Below, piece after piece: positions 21,282 through 31,525 of a DNA stretch of 64,000 nt (position 1 is the first letter of the stretch; each line of letters starts with the position of its first letter). The position numbers were made by a program, and so were the translations under genes. The notes below the pieces were generated by a model, which did not search any database, was not told the DNA's origin, and saw only the letters and a list, made by a program, of their open reading frames with translations. The stretch comes from Nanobdellota archaeon (GTDB lineage Archaea > Nanobdellota > Nanobdellia > Pacearchaeales > GW2011-AR1), in contig JBDRNV010000005.1 of the NCBI GenBank assembly GCA_043810695.1, positions 10,590 to 74,589 on the forward strand, given 5' to 3'.

Positions 21282-23585
21282 ATGCCAAGAAACAAACAGA
21301 AAAAAACAAAAGCAGAAACTTCAGCAGAGCAATTTTTTCCTGTAGATCCTGAAGATATTAAGCATTCTGTTGAAAAAATGTATAAAGAAACTGACTTAGA
21401 TTCTCTGCAAACAATTGAAAAAATTGGTGAAAAAAAATTAATAGGAAAAAGTGACAAAACAAAAAAAATTAGAAAGATTAAATCAAAAGATAAATCTACG
21501 ATTAAAATTAAACCACAAAAAGTAGAATTAAAAGAAGGAGGTTATGAACTGATAATAACAGAGAAACCTCAGGCAGCCTTAAAGATTGCTTCTGCTCTTG
21601 GTAAATTAACAGAAAAAAATGTAAATAGAGTTTCTTATTATGAAGTTGAAAGAAATGGAAAAAAAATAATTGTCGCATGTGCTGTCGGACATCTTTTCAC
21701 ATTAAAACAAAATAATCCAGGACCAAAACTGCCTGTATTTGATATAGGATGGGTTCCTAATTATCTTGTTCTGAAAAAAGACTTTTCAAAGAGATATTAT
21801 GATGTACTTGTAAAACTAGTAAAAAATGCAGGAAGTATAACAATTGCAACAGACTATGATATTGAAGGAGAAGTTATAGGATTAAATATTGTAAAATTCA
21901 TAGCAGGACAAAAAGATGCCAATCGTATGAAATTCTCAACTCTTACTGAAAAAGAATTAAATGATGCTTATGAATCAAAAAATTCAAGTATTAACTGGGG
22001 ACAAGCAATTGCAGGAGAAACAAGGCATTATCTTGACTGGTTTTATGGAATAAATTTATCACGTGCCCTTATGAATGCAATAAAACTAACAGGCAAATTT
22101 AAAATAATGTCAATAGGAAGGGTGCAAGGACCTGCATTAAATCTTATAGTAAAAAAAGAGAGAAATATTCTTTCATTCAAATCACAACCATACTGGCAGG
22201 TTTTTATAACTCTTACAAATCCGGCTATTGAATTAAAATATACAAAAGATATATTCAACAAAGCAGAATTATCAAAATTTAAAGACATTATTAAAAAAAA
22301 GGCAATAGTATCAACAACTAAAACTCAGCAGACTATTCCTCCATCTCCCCCATTTAACCTGACTAATCTTCAAATAGAAGCATATGCTTTACATGGAATA
22401 ACTCCTGCAAATACACTAAGAGCAGCCCAGTCATTATATCTTAAAGGTTTAATATCATATCCAAGAACATCAAGCCAAAAATTACCTTCATCGATAGATT
22501 ACAAAACAATACTTAAAAAAATATCAAAACAATATAACGCAGAATATTTAATAAAAAGGAATAAGCCTGTTGAGGGAAGCAAAACAGATCCAGCTCATCC
22601 CTCAATATACCCAACAGGAAATATATCAAAACTTGAACGAGATGAGGAAAAAATATACAATCTTATCGTAAGAAGATTTTTATCTTTATTCTGCGATAAT
22701 GCAATAATTGAAAATAAAATTATAAAAGCAATGGTAGACAACCTTACCTTTGCTACAAAAGGGAGTTCAATAAAAAACAAAGGTTGGATGGAGATTTATC
22801 CTGCAAAAATAATTGAAAGAGAACTTCCAGATGCAGAAGGAGAAATTAAGATAGGAAAATCAAGAACAGAAGAAAAGCAAACTCAACCACCAAGAAGATA
22901 TTCACCTGCTTCTATAATATCTGAATTGGAAAAGAGAGACCTTGGAACAAAGGCAACACGAGCTGCGATTCTTGAAACACTTTATGACAGGGGGTATATA
23001 AAAGAAAAAAGCATTGAGGCAACTCCTCTTGGAATGTCACTTATATCTACTCTTGAAAAGCACTCTCCAATAATAATAGACGAGGAACTTACAAGAAGTT
23101 TTGAAAAAGAAATGGATGTAATTTTAAAATCTAAGAAAGATTTGGAAGCAAAAGAAGAGAAAATAAAGGAAAAAGCAAAATCAGCTATAACAGAAATAAT
23201 AAAACAGTTTGAAAAAGAAGGGGAAACAATAGGAGAAGAACTTGTAAAGGCACAGGAAGAGGAAAGAGCAAACCAAAGAGAAAAGAGTAAGATAATGCCA
23301 TGCCCTGTATGCAACAAAGGAACTCTCGCAATAACATATTCAAAAAAGAACAGGAGATTTTTCATTGCATGTGATGCTTATCCAAACTGCAAAACAACAT
23401 ATTCACTTCCCCCATACGGAAGCATAAGAAGAACAGAATCAAAATGCTGGAAATGTAATTTTCCTTTGTTAATGTCCTTACAAAAGGGAAGAAAACCCTG
23501 GACTTTCTGCTTTAACCGTGAATGTCCCACAAATAAAGAGAGATTAGAGAAATATAGAGAGAAAAAAGAAAATAATAGAGAATGA
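21282..23585 (+). CDS. topA: DNA topoisomerase IA
   Basis: Toprim 'ITEKP', 'ATDYDIEGE', 'SIGRVQ', catalytic 'ISYPRT', C-terminal Zn ribbons. Confidence 0.96.
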   Translation: MPRNKQKKTKAETSAEQFFPVDPEDIKHSVEKMYKETDLDSLQTIEKIGEKKLIGKSDKTKKIRKIKSKDKSTIKIKPQKVELKEGGYELIITEKPQAALKIASALGKLTEKNVNRVSYYEVERNGKKIIVACAVGHLFTLKQNNPGPKLPVFDIGWVPNYLVLKKDFSKRYYDVLVKLVKNAGSITIATDYDIEGEVIGLNIVKFIAGQKDANRMKFSTLTEKELNDAYESKNSSINWGQAIAGETRHYLDWFYGINLSRALMNAIKLTGKFKIMSIGRVQGPALNLIVKKERNILSFKSQPYWQVFITLTNPAIELKYTKDIFNKAELSKFKDIIKKKAIVSTTKTQQTIPPSPPFNLTNLQIEAYALHGITPANTLRAAQSLYLKGLISYPRTSSQKLPSSIDYKTILKKISKQYNAEYLIKRNKPVEGSKTDPAHPSIYPTGNISKLERDEEKIYNLIVRRFLSLFCDNAIIENKIIKAMVDNLTFATKGSSIKNKGWMEIYPAKIIERELPDAEGEIKIGKSRTEEKQTQPPRRYSPASIISELEKRDLGTKATRAAILETLYDRGYIKEKSIEATPLGMSLISTLEKHSPIIIDEELTRSFEKEMDVILKSKKDLEAKEEKIKEKAKSAITEIIKQFEKEGETIGEELVKAQEEERANQREKSKIMPCPVCNKGTLAITYSKKNRRFFIACDAYPNCKTTYSLPPYGSIRRTESKCWKCNFPLLMSLQKGRKPWTFCFNRECPTNKERLEKYREKKENNRE

Positions 23586-23627
23586 TTTATAACAAAGTTT
23601 AAATTATATTCTATCTAATTAATAACT

Positions 23628-23837
23628 ATGAGTGATAAGGATATTGCAATAGGAATTTGTGGAGCAATATTAGTTGGTAGTACATATTTGCTAATACGAA
23701 GTTCTTATGAATTAAAGAAACTATGGAATAGATTTTATAATCCAAGCTCACAAGAATATCAACAATATCATAATAAGCGGGGAGAATTAGAAAATAAAAT
23801 TGATCCATTATATTCAGAAAATTCTAATCAAGAGTAA
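23628..23837 (+). CDS. small membrane-anchored hypothetical protein
   Basis: N-terminal hydrophobic segment. Confidence 0.45.
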   Translation: MSDKDIAIGICGAILVGSTYLLIRSSYELKKLWNRFYNPSSQEYQQYHNKRGELENKIDPLYSENSNQE

Positions 23838-23893
23838 TTCTGAAGTAGTTACAACACCATAAGATTTATAAATACGTGTTTTTTATAAAAAAC

Positions 23894-24139
23894 ATGAAAA
23901 AAACACTTGCAACACTTGCATTGGGAGGCTTATTGGCTTTAGGCGGATGCGACAGCGAGAAAGCAAAAATAGATGAAAAGGTTAAAAATTTGCATGTTGG
24001 ACAAAAACTTGATTGTTCAATAGAATATTATAGTGATCTCGTAGAAGAGAATACAGAATATCTGAAATATAAATATTCACCAATCAACGGAAATTCTAGT
24101 TTTATAACGGTAAAGAATGATACAATAGTATCTATTTGA
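23894..24139 (+). CDS. putative lipoprotein
   Basis: ATG at 23894; signal MKKTLATLALGGLLALGGC ending in a lipobox-like Cys. Confidence 0.7.
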   Translation: MKKTLATLALGGLLALGGCDSEKAKIDEKVKNLHVGQKLDCSIEYYSDLVEENTEYLKYKYSPINGNSSFITVKNDTIVSI

Positions 24140-24152
24140 AAACGTCACTAAC

Positions 24153-24584
24153 ATGAAAAAAACACTTGCAACACTTGCGCTTGGAGGATTAATGGTTTTA
24201 GGTGGAAGTGGATGTCAGACTGAAGTTAACCAAAAAACAGGAGTAGGAATACAAGTAAATCCAAATTCTAAAAAAGATAGCTCATCTTCTTTAACTATTA
24301 ACGTCTCTGGACCGCTAACCGATGTTGATGGTGATAATAAATTAGACATTATTTTTGGAGTTTATTTTTCTGGAGCACAAAATCACAGACATGATGATTA
24401 TTATGTGTTTTATAAAAGAAACTTAGGAGATGGAAATTTTGATAAACCTAAATTTTTATATGCAATTGAATTTATGAAAGACATACAAAAAGCTGGAATT
24501 CCATTTGAACTTGGTGTAGACCCTAATTCTCCAAGAGGAAAATACCTTATGAATTTAATTATAAAAGAAGAAGAAAATTTTTAA
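24153..24584 (+). CDS. putative lipoprotein with DxDxD (FG-GAP/VCBS-like) loop
   Basis: signal MKKTLATLALGGLMVLGGSGC; 'DVDGDNKLDII', 'RNLGDGNF'. Confidence 0.7.
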   Translation: MKKTLATLALGGLMVLGGSGCQTEVNQKTGVGIQVNPNSKKDSSSSLTINVSGPLTDVDGDNKLDIIFGVYFSGAQNHRHDDYYVFYKRNLGDGNFDKPKFLYAIEFMKDIQKAGIPFELGVDPNSPRGKYLMNLIIKEEENF

Positions 24585-24590
24585 TAATCA

Positions 24591-25799
24591 CTAAACCCAC
24601 TCTCCAAGAACCTTTTGAGTCTTCATATTCTCTATAAGCTTACTTTTCTTCAGAACTTTTTCAGGATCAAAGCCGAATTTTATCATTCCTATCTTTTTTG
24701 CACTTTCAACCAGCTCTTTGATTTCTGTAAAATTCAGCTTTTTATGATTAAGAGCTTTTCGTACAGATTCTCGTACAACCCACACTCCAAGAGCAGCCCA
24801 ATAACTTGGAAGTTCTATTCTTATTGCAAGTACAGATGCCTGTCTGTTTATTCTTTCAAGATACTCTAAAATAGGAAGTCTAGAAGCATAATAACCTCCA
24901 GCTGTATCTGAAGCATAATTCTTCCTTCCGGAAAATCCTTCAAAATCAGTTGCAGCTTTTATTTCATTGCCAGGATTCCATGAACTTCCAGGCAGATATA
25001 ACTCAAAAAGCTCATAGCTCCATACATTTGGAAAAAGCATTATTAGATATGCATTACCCATAAACTCCCCAAAAAATAATTCATAATTTTCAATCCATTT
25101 GTAATTTTTAATTTTCTCAAGAAGCTTTTTTCCAAGTATATCATCTGTTGCTGTTATGCTCCATCTTGTTGGAACAAGCCTTTTATCCTTCTTCATTCCA
25201 AGAACACCAACACTAAGAATTTTGCTTAACGCATATTCATTAAATTTATTTTTATAAAGATATTGAATTCCTTCTGCTGCTTTTATATCATCATTAACAA
25301 CTTTGTCAAGCTTTTGGCTTATCTTTACATTGCTTGTTATTTTTGCTTTTTTCAGCGGAGCCCTCATTCCTTGAGGAAGAAGAATTTTATCTTTTCTTAA
25401 TCCAGGACCTATTTTATTTTGAAGCTCAATTTCAACATCAACAGGACTTGAAGCCATTGCAAGCTCCTGAGCAATCTGAATGAATTTTGTATTATCTTTT
25501 CTTATATCTTTTACATTTGTCTGAAATCTTGAATTAAGAAGGTTATCTCTTAGATTTACTACATCTCTTATACCAAAATTATTCTCAGCCCAGTATTTTG
25601 CATCATCATAAACCCATGCATTTTCATCTTTTTCAAGAGGACTTAAAATACCAACGTTTACTAAAGGGTATGTAAGTTTAGAACCAACAAAAACACTTGG
25701 TGGAGAGTTTGTATTAAGCTCTGAAATTTTATCCAAATCCTTATATTTAAAGTTTATTTCTGCTATTTTTTTTATTACTTCAAATCTTATATCCGTCAT
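24591..25799 (-). CDS. nreA: Nre family DNA repair protein
   Basis: 'SPPSVFVG', 'RLVPTRWSITATD', 'GGYYASRL', 'GVWVVRE', PIP box QKVLGEW; start moved to ATG 25799 to avoid overlap. Confidence 0.9.
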   Translation of the reverse strand: MTDIRFEVIKKIAEINFKYKDLDKISELNTNSPPSVFVGSKLTYPLVNVGILSPLEKDENAWVYDDAKYWAENNFGIRDVVNLRDNLLNSRFQTNVKDIRKDNTKFIQIAQELAMASSPVDVEIELQNKIGPGLRKDKILLPQGMRAPLKKAKITSNVKISQKLDKVVNDDIKAAEGIQYLYKNKFNEYALSKILSVGVLGMKKDKRLVPTRWSITATDDILGKKLLEKIKNYKWIENYELFFGEFMGNAYLIMLFPNVWSYELFELYLPGSSWNPGNEIKAATDFEGFSGRKNYASDTAGGYYASRLPILEYLERINRQASVLAIRIELPSYWAALGVWVVRESVRKALNHKKLNFTEIKELVESAKKIGMIKFGFDPEKVLKKSKLIENMKTQKVLGEWV

Positions 25800-25830
25800 A
25801 GATAATATATGACTTAAAAGTTTATATTCT

Positions 25831-26538
25831 TTAAGAACTACCTGAAAGTTGCTCAATTTTAGGATGTTTACAATAATACAAAGACCTAAATTCAAAAAAA
25901 TTTGTTCTGATAAAAAATCTAGAATCTTTTTCTTCAAGATTTTCTTTTTGTAGAATTCTATTTCTGGCATGAAAAATTCCATAATCATTTGACACAAAAA
26001 TAACTGGATTTGATGTCATAGAAAGAGTTATTCCAGTAATAAGAAAATCAAAATCAGTATAGCTTAAACCATTCTCTTTTATAAGCTTTTGATATTTTTC
26101 AAAGATTCTATCATATATATTTCCCATTTCTCCTTCTAAAATAATCAGTTTATCATTATCAGTAAAAGCACTTATTATTTTTCTTTGTTCTTTTTGTTCT
26201 TTGTTAATCATTCTACGCAGTCTTAATAATTCTCTATCTTTATGTCCCCCAGCTCTTCTAATCATTTTCATATAATTATAATGATGATGAGAGTAAAGTT
26301 CTTTTATTACAGAATCGGTTGTGAAAAAATTATTTTTATTTAGAATATACTCTTTCATTTCATTAAGAAATTCGTTATTTTTCTCTAAAAAATCAGCTTT
26401 TGCTTTTTCCTTTCTATTTTCAAAAAATTCTTTATTTTTCCCTAAAGGACAAATAATAACAGAAGTATCAAAAAGAATATGGCAATCTTCAGATGTTAGT
26501 TCTTCTAAAGATTTTATTTCTGAATTATTTATATCCAT
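25831..26538 (-). CDS. PIN-domain protein
   Basis: 'ILFDTSV', 'SVIKEL', 'LSYTDFD', 'VSNDYGI'. Confidence 0.7.
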   Translation of the reverse strand: MDINNSEIKSLEELTSEDCHILFDTSVIICPLGKNKEFFENRKEKAKADFLEKNNEFLNEMKEYILNKNNFFTTDSVIKELYSHHHYNYMKMIRRAGGHKDRELLRLRRMINKEQKEQRKIISAFTDNDKLIILEGEMGNIYDRIFEKYQKLIKENGLSYTDFDFLITGITLSMTSNPVIFVSNDYGIFHARNRILQKENLEEKDSRFFIRTNFFEFRSLYYCKHPKIEQLSGSS

Positions 26539-26590
26539 CTTCTTCTAAAATACTTTATTTTGACCAAGCGTGGACGAAATAGTGGCATAT

Positions 26591-27322
26591 TCATATCCAC
26601 CCTTTGCGAAATATGCCCTCATTTCTTATTTCAAAATTTAATTCTTTTATTGGCATGCTTCTGTGCTTCAAAAGAACAGCCTTTTTCTTTCCATCGTTGA
26701 TTTTTAATTCAATTATGGTTTTGCTCCAGTACTTAAACAAGTCTCCTCCTACAATATTTGTCTCTGGTTTAATTCCTTTTTTCCATTCTTCTTCTGACAA
26801 AAATCCATGATAAACCTGATTTGTAATTAAAATTGGCAGATTCTGTTTCCTTGAAATTTCAGCAAGAATTCTCATTTGTTTTGCAACTTCTCTATTAACT
26901 TCCTTGACTTTATTATCATCTTTAAGATTTAGTGCATCACCAAGTTCAAGCCTGTAAAGCATAGCCATTCCATCAATAATTATTAATCCAATTTCTTCTT
27001 TTTTCACTTTATTAAGAAGGTTTAGGAAGATTTTTTTCTGTTCGTCAAAATTCACTGGATTTAGAATGAGGATGTTCTTAAGAATATTCTCATAGCTTTC
27101 TCCTGTAATTTGTTTTATTCTTTCACTAGAAAAACCACCTTCTGTGTCTATAAAAATAATCTTGCCGCCTTTTTTAGCAAGGCTACATGCAGCTAAAATA
27201 ACAAAATTAGTTTTTCCGCTTGCAGGCGGACCTGCAATCATTGTAATTATCCCTTTTTCATAACCACCATAAAGCCATTTGTTAAGGTCAAAACTTCCAG
27301 CTGAAATTTTCTCAATCCGCAT
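26591..27322 (-). CDS. radB: DNA repair protein RadB
   Basis: 'GPPASGKTN', 'FIDTEGGFS', 'ITNQV', RadB-specific 'KHR'; start likely MRIEK (27322). Confidence 0.92.
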   Translation of the reverse strand: MRIEKISAGSFDLNKWLYGGYEKGIITMIAGPPASGKTNFVILAACSLAKKGGKIIFIDTEGGFSSERIKQITGESYENILKNILILNPVNFDEQKKIFLNLLNKVKKEEIGLIIIDGMAMLYRLELGDALNLKDDNKVKEVNREVAKQMRILAEISRKQNLPILITNQVYHGFLSEEEWKKGIKPETNIVGGDLFKYWSKTIIELKINDGKKKAVLLKHRSMPIKELNFEIRNEGIFRKGWI

Positions 27323-27323
27323 T

Positions 27324-27713
27324 TTAAAAATATTTTCCTTCAACTAAACGAGATACAACTTTCTCTGTTATGTCTGAAAGCTTCAGGGTAAAAACATCAA
27401 AATATCCTGCAAATCTCACCTCACTAATTTCTCCAGAAGGAGTTATTTTCAAACGAGATTTTTTTAACTTTGCAAGATAAGTAACTGCTTCTAAAGAATC
27501 TCCTGTGTGTGATGTTTTTCCTATAAAACTTCCATAATAATTCTTAACTATTAATTCTGCTCCAGAAGCTTCTTCTTTAAATTCTCTTGCTAGTGCTTCA
27601 ACATCTGACTCTCCTTCTCTTGGTTTTCCACCAGGCAAAATCCAAACTAAACCCTTTCTAAAAAGCAAAAGTCTGTTTTTTATCATTATCACAGCATTAA
27701 TAGCTTTTCTCAT
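27324..27713 (-). CDS. NUDIX hydrolase
   Basis: 'LPGGKPREGESDVEALAREFKEE'. Confidence 0.9.
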   Translation of the reverse strand: MRKAINAVIMIKNRLLLFRKGLVWILPGGKPREGESDVEALAREFKEEASGAELIVKNYYGSFIGKTSHTGDSLEAVTYLAKLKKSRLKITPSGEISEVRFAGYFDVFTLKLSDITEKVVSRLVEGKYF

Positions 27714-27781
27714 AAAAAATATAGAAAAAGATGATTAATAAGAATTGTTGTGATTGTCTTTTAAAGGAAGATTAGTTCTCG

Positions 27782-28045
27782 CTACTTCATAGCCTTGAAA
27801 TCTTTCTCAATTTTCTCAAGGTCTTTTGTTATTGTGTCAATTGCATCAGCAACTGCTTTTTTAACTGTTTTTCCTTTTGTTTTAACATTGATTATTGGTT
27901 TCTCAGTAGGATGTTCTCTTTTCCATGCTGCAAAAGTAACAGAAGGATCCTTGTTCAGATAAACTCTAAGAAGTTCTACCATTGTAAGATTTTCAAGCTG
28001 CATCTCAATTTCATCCTTTGAACTCTTTAAAACATTTATTTCCAT
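27782..28045 (-). CDS. rpoL: RNA polymerase subunit Rpo11 (L)
   Basis: 'LTMVELLRVYL', 'VTFAAWKREHP'; size 87 aa. Confidence 0.85.
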   Translation of the reverse strand: MEINVLKSSKDEIEMQLENLTMVELLRVYLNKDPSVTFAAWKREHPTEKPIINVKTKGKTVKKAVADAIDTITKDLEKIEKDFKAMK

Positions 28046-28090
28046 ATTAAGAATTCTTTAAGATAGTTTAAAAATATTGTTATTTTTGTT

Positions 28091-28825
28091 TCATTCTTCA
28101 TCCAAAGCCTTTTCATTAAAATCTTCTAAATTAATAGGTTCTTCTAAGTCAGCATCTCCAAATTCTGGTTCAAATTGAGTTTCCTTAATTTGACCACGCG
28201 TAGACGAGTTTTTTTCCCTTTCGTCTTTTATTCTCTTTAAATCAGAAATAGTAAAATTTTGTACTGTTGCTGGATCAAATTTCAAAATTCTAGCTGGCTG
28301 TTTTTGTGGTTCCTCTGAAATTGTTTTCCTTATTTCACTTTTGATAATATTTATACCTAAAAAACTTTCAAGTTTTTTAACAAGCTTGTAACTATCATCA
28401 GGAAGAATTCCATTTTCTGCCATTTTTATTGCAGCTTCTGATTCTGAAATTTCTTTTGCAAGCTGCTCTTGTGTTATTTTTTTCATTCTTCTTTCTCTCA
28501 TAATAACCCAATGAAAATTATCAACAAGGTCTGGTCTTGGTTTTTTTTCAGCTTGAATATTTTTTTCATAATTTCTGTCTACAATTTGTCTAAGAGTAGT
28601 TTCTATTTTATCAGAAACCACTTTTTTATTACGGGTATCCCCAACTCTTTTATAATAAGGAACTATTTTTTCAGCTTCTTTAAGCTGTGAGGTGGTGGGT
28701 CTTTTTAAAATTGGAAGATTCTCTTTTACAGCACATAATTCACAAACTTTTATAATTTCTTTTGACGATATAGCATCTAGAAGCATATTTTCAGACTGTT
28801 CTATACCGCAAATAGAGCATTCCAT
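28091..28825 (-). CDS. archaeal MBF1-like protein (Zn ribbon + HTH) with long C-tail
   Basis: 'MECSICG..VCELC', 'LVDNF..I..ERR..ITQEQLA..I.E....I...ENG'. Confidence 0.85.
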   Translation of the reverse strand: MECSICGIEQSENMLLDAISSKEIIKVCELCAVKENLPILKRPTTSQLKEAEKIVPYYKRVGDTRNKKVVSDKIETTLRQIVDRNYEKNIQAEKKPRPDLVDNFHWVIMRERRMKKITQEQLAKEISESEAAIKMAENGILPDDSYKLVKKLESFLGINIIKSEIRKTISEEPQKQPARILKFDPATVQNFTISDLKRIKDEREKNSSTRGQIKETQFEPEFGDADLEEPINLEDFNEKALDEE

Positions 28826-28976
28826 TAAAAAAAGATAAGAATCAGGTTTTTTAATATTTGTATTTAAAAAAATATGTTTCTTGAAGTGGTTAGTTTCACT
28901 TCGTTACATCCAAATTTTTCTATTTTATATGAAGAGTTTCTAATTCTTCGGGTAATTCGTAAGCTCACACCAAGAA

Positions 28977-30428
28977 TTAATTTGAATAAATCCAATTTAC
29001 TTCTTTGTCTTTTGAACATTCAAAAACCAAATTATAATTTTCTTTCATAATCTTATTTAAGTTTTGCCATTTCTCTGTTTCAAGTCCAGAATTAAATTTT
29101 GTAAACACAAAATAAATTTTTTTATTGGTAGAGTTTTCTAATTCTTTAATTGTTTCTTCATTTAGTTTATCTGGGTAATATGCATTTTCTTGTTTTGCAT
29201 AATATCTAAACAAAGGAGGACTTTCACTAACAATTAAAAAGTTCCCTTGAATTTCTTTTAATTTAAAACCAACTTGTGTAAAACAATCTGTGTTTATATT
29301 ATGGTAAGTTTTGTAAGTATCATAAAAGTTTAAACATAAAGAGAAAATTAAAATTCCCAAAAGAATTGTTATTATTAATTTTTTATATTTTTTGATTTTA
29401 TCAATAAAATACCCTGAAATTAAAACAATTGCCGGAACAACTGCTAAAATAAATCTATCTTCTTTATGAGGCATACAAATAGCCATTCCTAAAAAGAAAG
29501 TAAACCAAATCAAGAGAAAATAAATCTCTTTTTTGAAAAAATCTTTTTTATATAAAATATAAATTAAAGCAATTACAAAAACAAATCCAATTATTGAAAA
29601 CATCTGCCACCAATAATCAAAAAAGAAATGCCAAGATTGTAACCCTCCCCAATATGCAGATGCCTTTACTCCGTGAATAAATGCCCCAAAGGGATTGTTA
29701 TATTCAAAAATTCCATAAAAAAACCAAGGAATTAAGGTTATAAAAAAAGCTAAAATTGAATACCCCAAATATTTATCTTTAAGGAATTTTAAGGATTTGT
29801 CTCTAACTAAGAAATATAAAAGAAAAATAGGCATAATCCACAAAGCAGTATATCTTGATAGAAGAGCCAAAGCCAAAAAGACTCCAAATAATATTTTATG
29901 CTTTTTGTTTCCTTTTTCGTATCCTTTCCAGAAACTAAAAGAAGTGAGCAATACAAAAAATGTAAATAAAACTCCTGTTAAAACTCTGCCACTATAAAAA
30001 GTATGTAAGGGTATGAATGCAAAAAATAAAGAAGAAATTAATCCTATTTTTTGATTAAACAATTTTTCCCCTAATTTGTAAACAAGAATTACACTTAACG
30101 CGCCAATTAAAGGCATTAAAAAATTTAGAAGAAAACCAAAATTAAAAATATAAAAAAATGAAATTAAGTAGGGCAATAATGGTGCTCTAAAACCTGCTTT
30201 AGGATAACCATAAAAATCATCTCCTCCAGAAGGAATGAAATCGCTCCAACCATGTGAAAAAGAATAACTCAAAGGATTATGACTTAAATCAGAACCAAGA
30301 TTTAAGTATATTGTTTCATCCCACAATTTTACAGGCATAGAAAAAACAAAAATAATTCTAACTAAAAGTGCAATTATAAAAATAGCAATTATCCATTTAT
30401 TTTTTTTAATTATTTGCTGAATGTCCAT
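28977..30428 (-). CDS. PMT/ArnT-like (GT-C) membrane glycosyltransferase
   Basis: 'LWDETIY', 'RAPLLPY', many TMs, 'HKEDRFIL'. Confidence 0.85.
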   Translation of the reverse strand: MDIQQIIKKNKWIIAIFIIALLVRIIFVFSMPVKLWDETIYLNLGSDLSHNPLSYSFSHGWSDFIPSGGDDFYGYPKAGFRAPLLPYLISFFYIFNFGFLLNFLMPLIGALSVILVYKLGEKLFNQKIGLISSLFFAFIPLHTFYSGRVLTGVLFTFFVLLTSFSFWKGYEKGNKKHKILFGVFLALALLSRYTALWIMPIFLLYFLVRDKSLKFLKDKYLGYSILAFFITLIPWFFYGIFEYNNPFGAFIHGVKASAYWGGLQSWHFFFDYWWQMFSIIGFVFVIALIYILYKKDFFKKEIYFLLIWFTFFLGMAICMPHKEDRFILAVVPAIVLISGYFIDKIKKYKKLIITILLGILIFSLCLNFYDTYKTYHNINTDCFTQVGFKLKEIQGNFLIVSESPPLFRYYAKQENAYYPDKLNEETIKELENSTNKKIYFVFTKFNSGLETEKWQNLNKIMKENYNLVFECSKDKEVNWIYSN

Positions 30429-31474
30429 ATTTTATTTCCAAAGAAGTTTATTATTAAGGCCATTCCAATTGCTAAAATTTGAGAGATGATATAATAAATT
30501 CCTAAAACTTCTGTAAAAATGTAAAGGAAAAACAAATTTACTAAAAGAGCAGAAATACTAACTAACCCAAATTGAACGTATTTCTTACCTACATTTAATT
30601 TTATATTTTCTTTAAATGTCCAAATTTTATTTAAAATAAAATTACTAGTCATAGCTATAATAAAAGAAATCACTGCAGAAAACATATAATAAATTCCGAC
30701 TTTTTCAGTTAAAAGGTACAAAATTACAATATTGAATAAAGTTCCAATTCCTCCAATAAAAGCAAACTTAAAAAATTCTTTAATCACATTTTTCTTATAA
30801 GACAAATACCCTATAAGATTCTGTAAATAACAAACAATCTCTTTTGTTCCTACTTTGCTTTTTCCTTTAATTCGATTAGTGAATGTTATAGGTACCTCTT
30901 TTAAACGTTTATAATTTGCTTTTATTATTAATTCAAGAAGTATCTTAAAACCTTTTGGATTTAACTCAACATTTTTTATACATTCTTTTTTTATCATAAA
31001 AAAGCCAGTCATGGGATCCTTAACCTGTGTATAAACTCTTGCTAAAAGTGTTGCGGTTTTTGATAGTAATTTTCTTTTAAAATTCCAACCGATTATTTTA
31101 CCCCCTTTAACATATCTGCTTCCAACAACAAAATCTGTTTTTTCATTTTTTATAAGATTCAGCATTTCAGAGATTTTTTCTGAAGGATGACTCAAATCAG
31201 CATCCATAGCACCCAAAATTTCTCCATTAGCTATTTTCCAACCTTCTAAAACAGCAGAAGAAAGCCCTAATTTTCCTTTTCTATGGATAATTTTAAGATT
31301 TTTTGTTTTTTTTAAATCTTCTAAAATTTTTCCAGTCCCATCTGGAGAATTATCATCAACAACTATAATTTCCCCCTTTATCTTGTTTTTTTTAAATTCT
31401 TCTTGAATTTTTTTAATAAGTTTTTGGATATTTTCTTTCTCATTGTATGTTGGAATAACCAAACTTAATTCCAT
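30410..31474 (-). CDS. dolichol-phosphate mannosyltransferase-like GT2 with C-terminal GtrA domain
   Basis: 'IPTYNEKENI', 'VDDNSPDGT', 'MDADLSH', C-terminal four-TM GtrA domain. Confidence 0.92.
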   Translation of the reverse strand: MELSLVIPTYNEKENIQKLIKKIQEEFKKNKIKGEIIVVDDNSPDGTGKILEDLKKTKNLKIIHRKGKLGLSSAVLEGWKIANGEILGAMDADLSHPSEKISEMLNLIKNEKTDFVVGSRYVKGGKIIGWNFKRKLLSKTATLLARVYTQVKDPMTGFFMIKKECIKNVELNPKGFKILLELIIKANYKRLKEVPITFTNRIKGKSKVGTKEIVCYLQNLIGYLSYKKNVIKEFFKFAFIGGIGTLFNIVILYLLTEKVGIYYMFSAVISFIIAMTSNFILNKIWTFKENIKLNVGKKYVQFGLVSISALLVNLFFLYIFTEVLGIYYIISQILAIGMALIINFFGNKIWTFSK

Positions 31475-31525
31475 CTAGGGATAAATAAGATATTATTTAA
31501 AAACGTAACTAAAATTTTTTTAACA

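Noticed and set aside
25800..25997. N-terminal extension of the Nre ORF
   Set aside because: Overlaps the PIN gene; conserved sequence starts at ATG 25799.
28880..28980. Weak inverted repeats between the MBF1 and GT-C genes
   Set aside because: Short stems with no second copy found; could be chance or a terminator.
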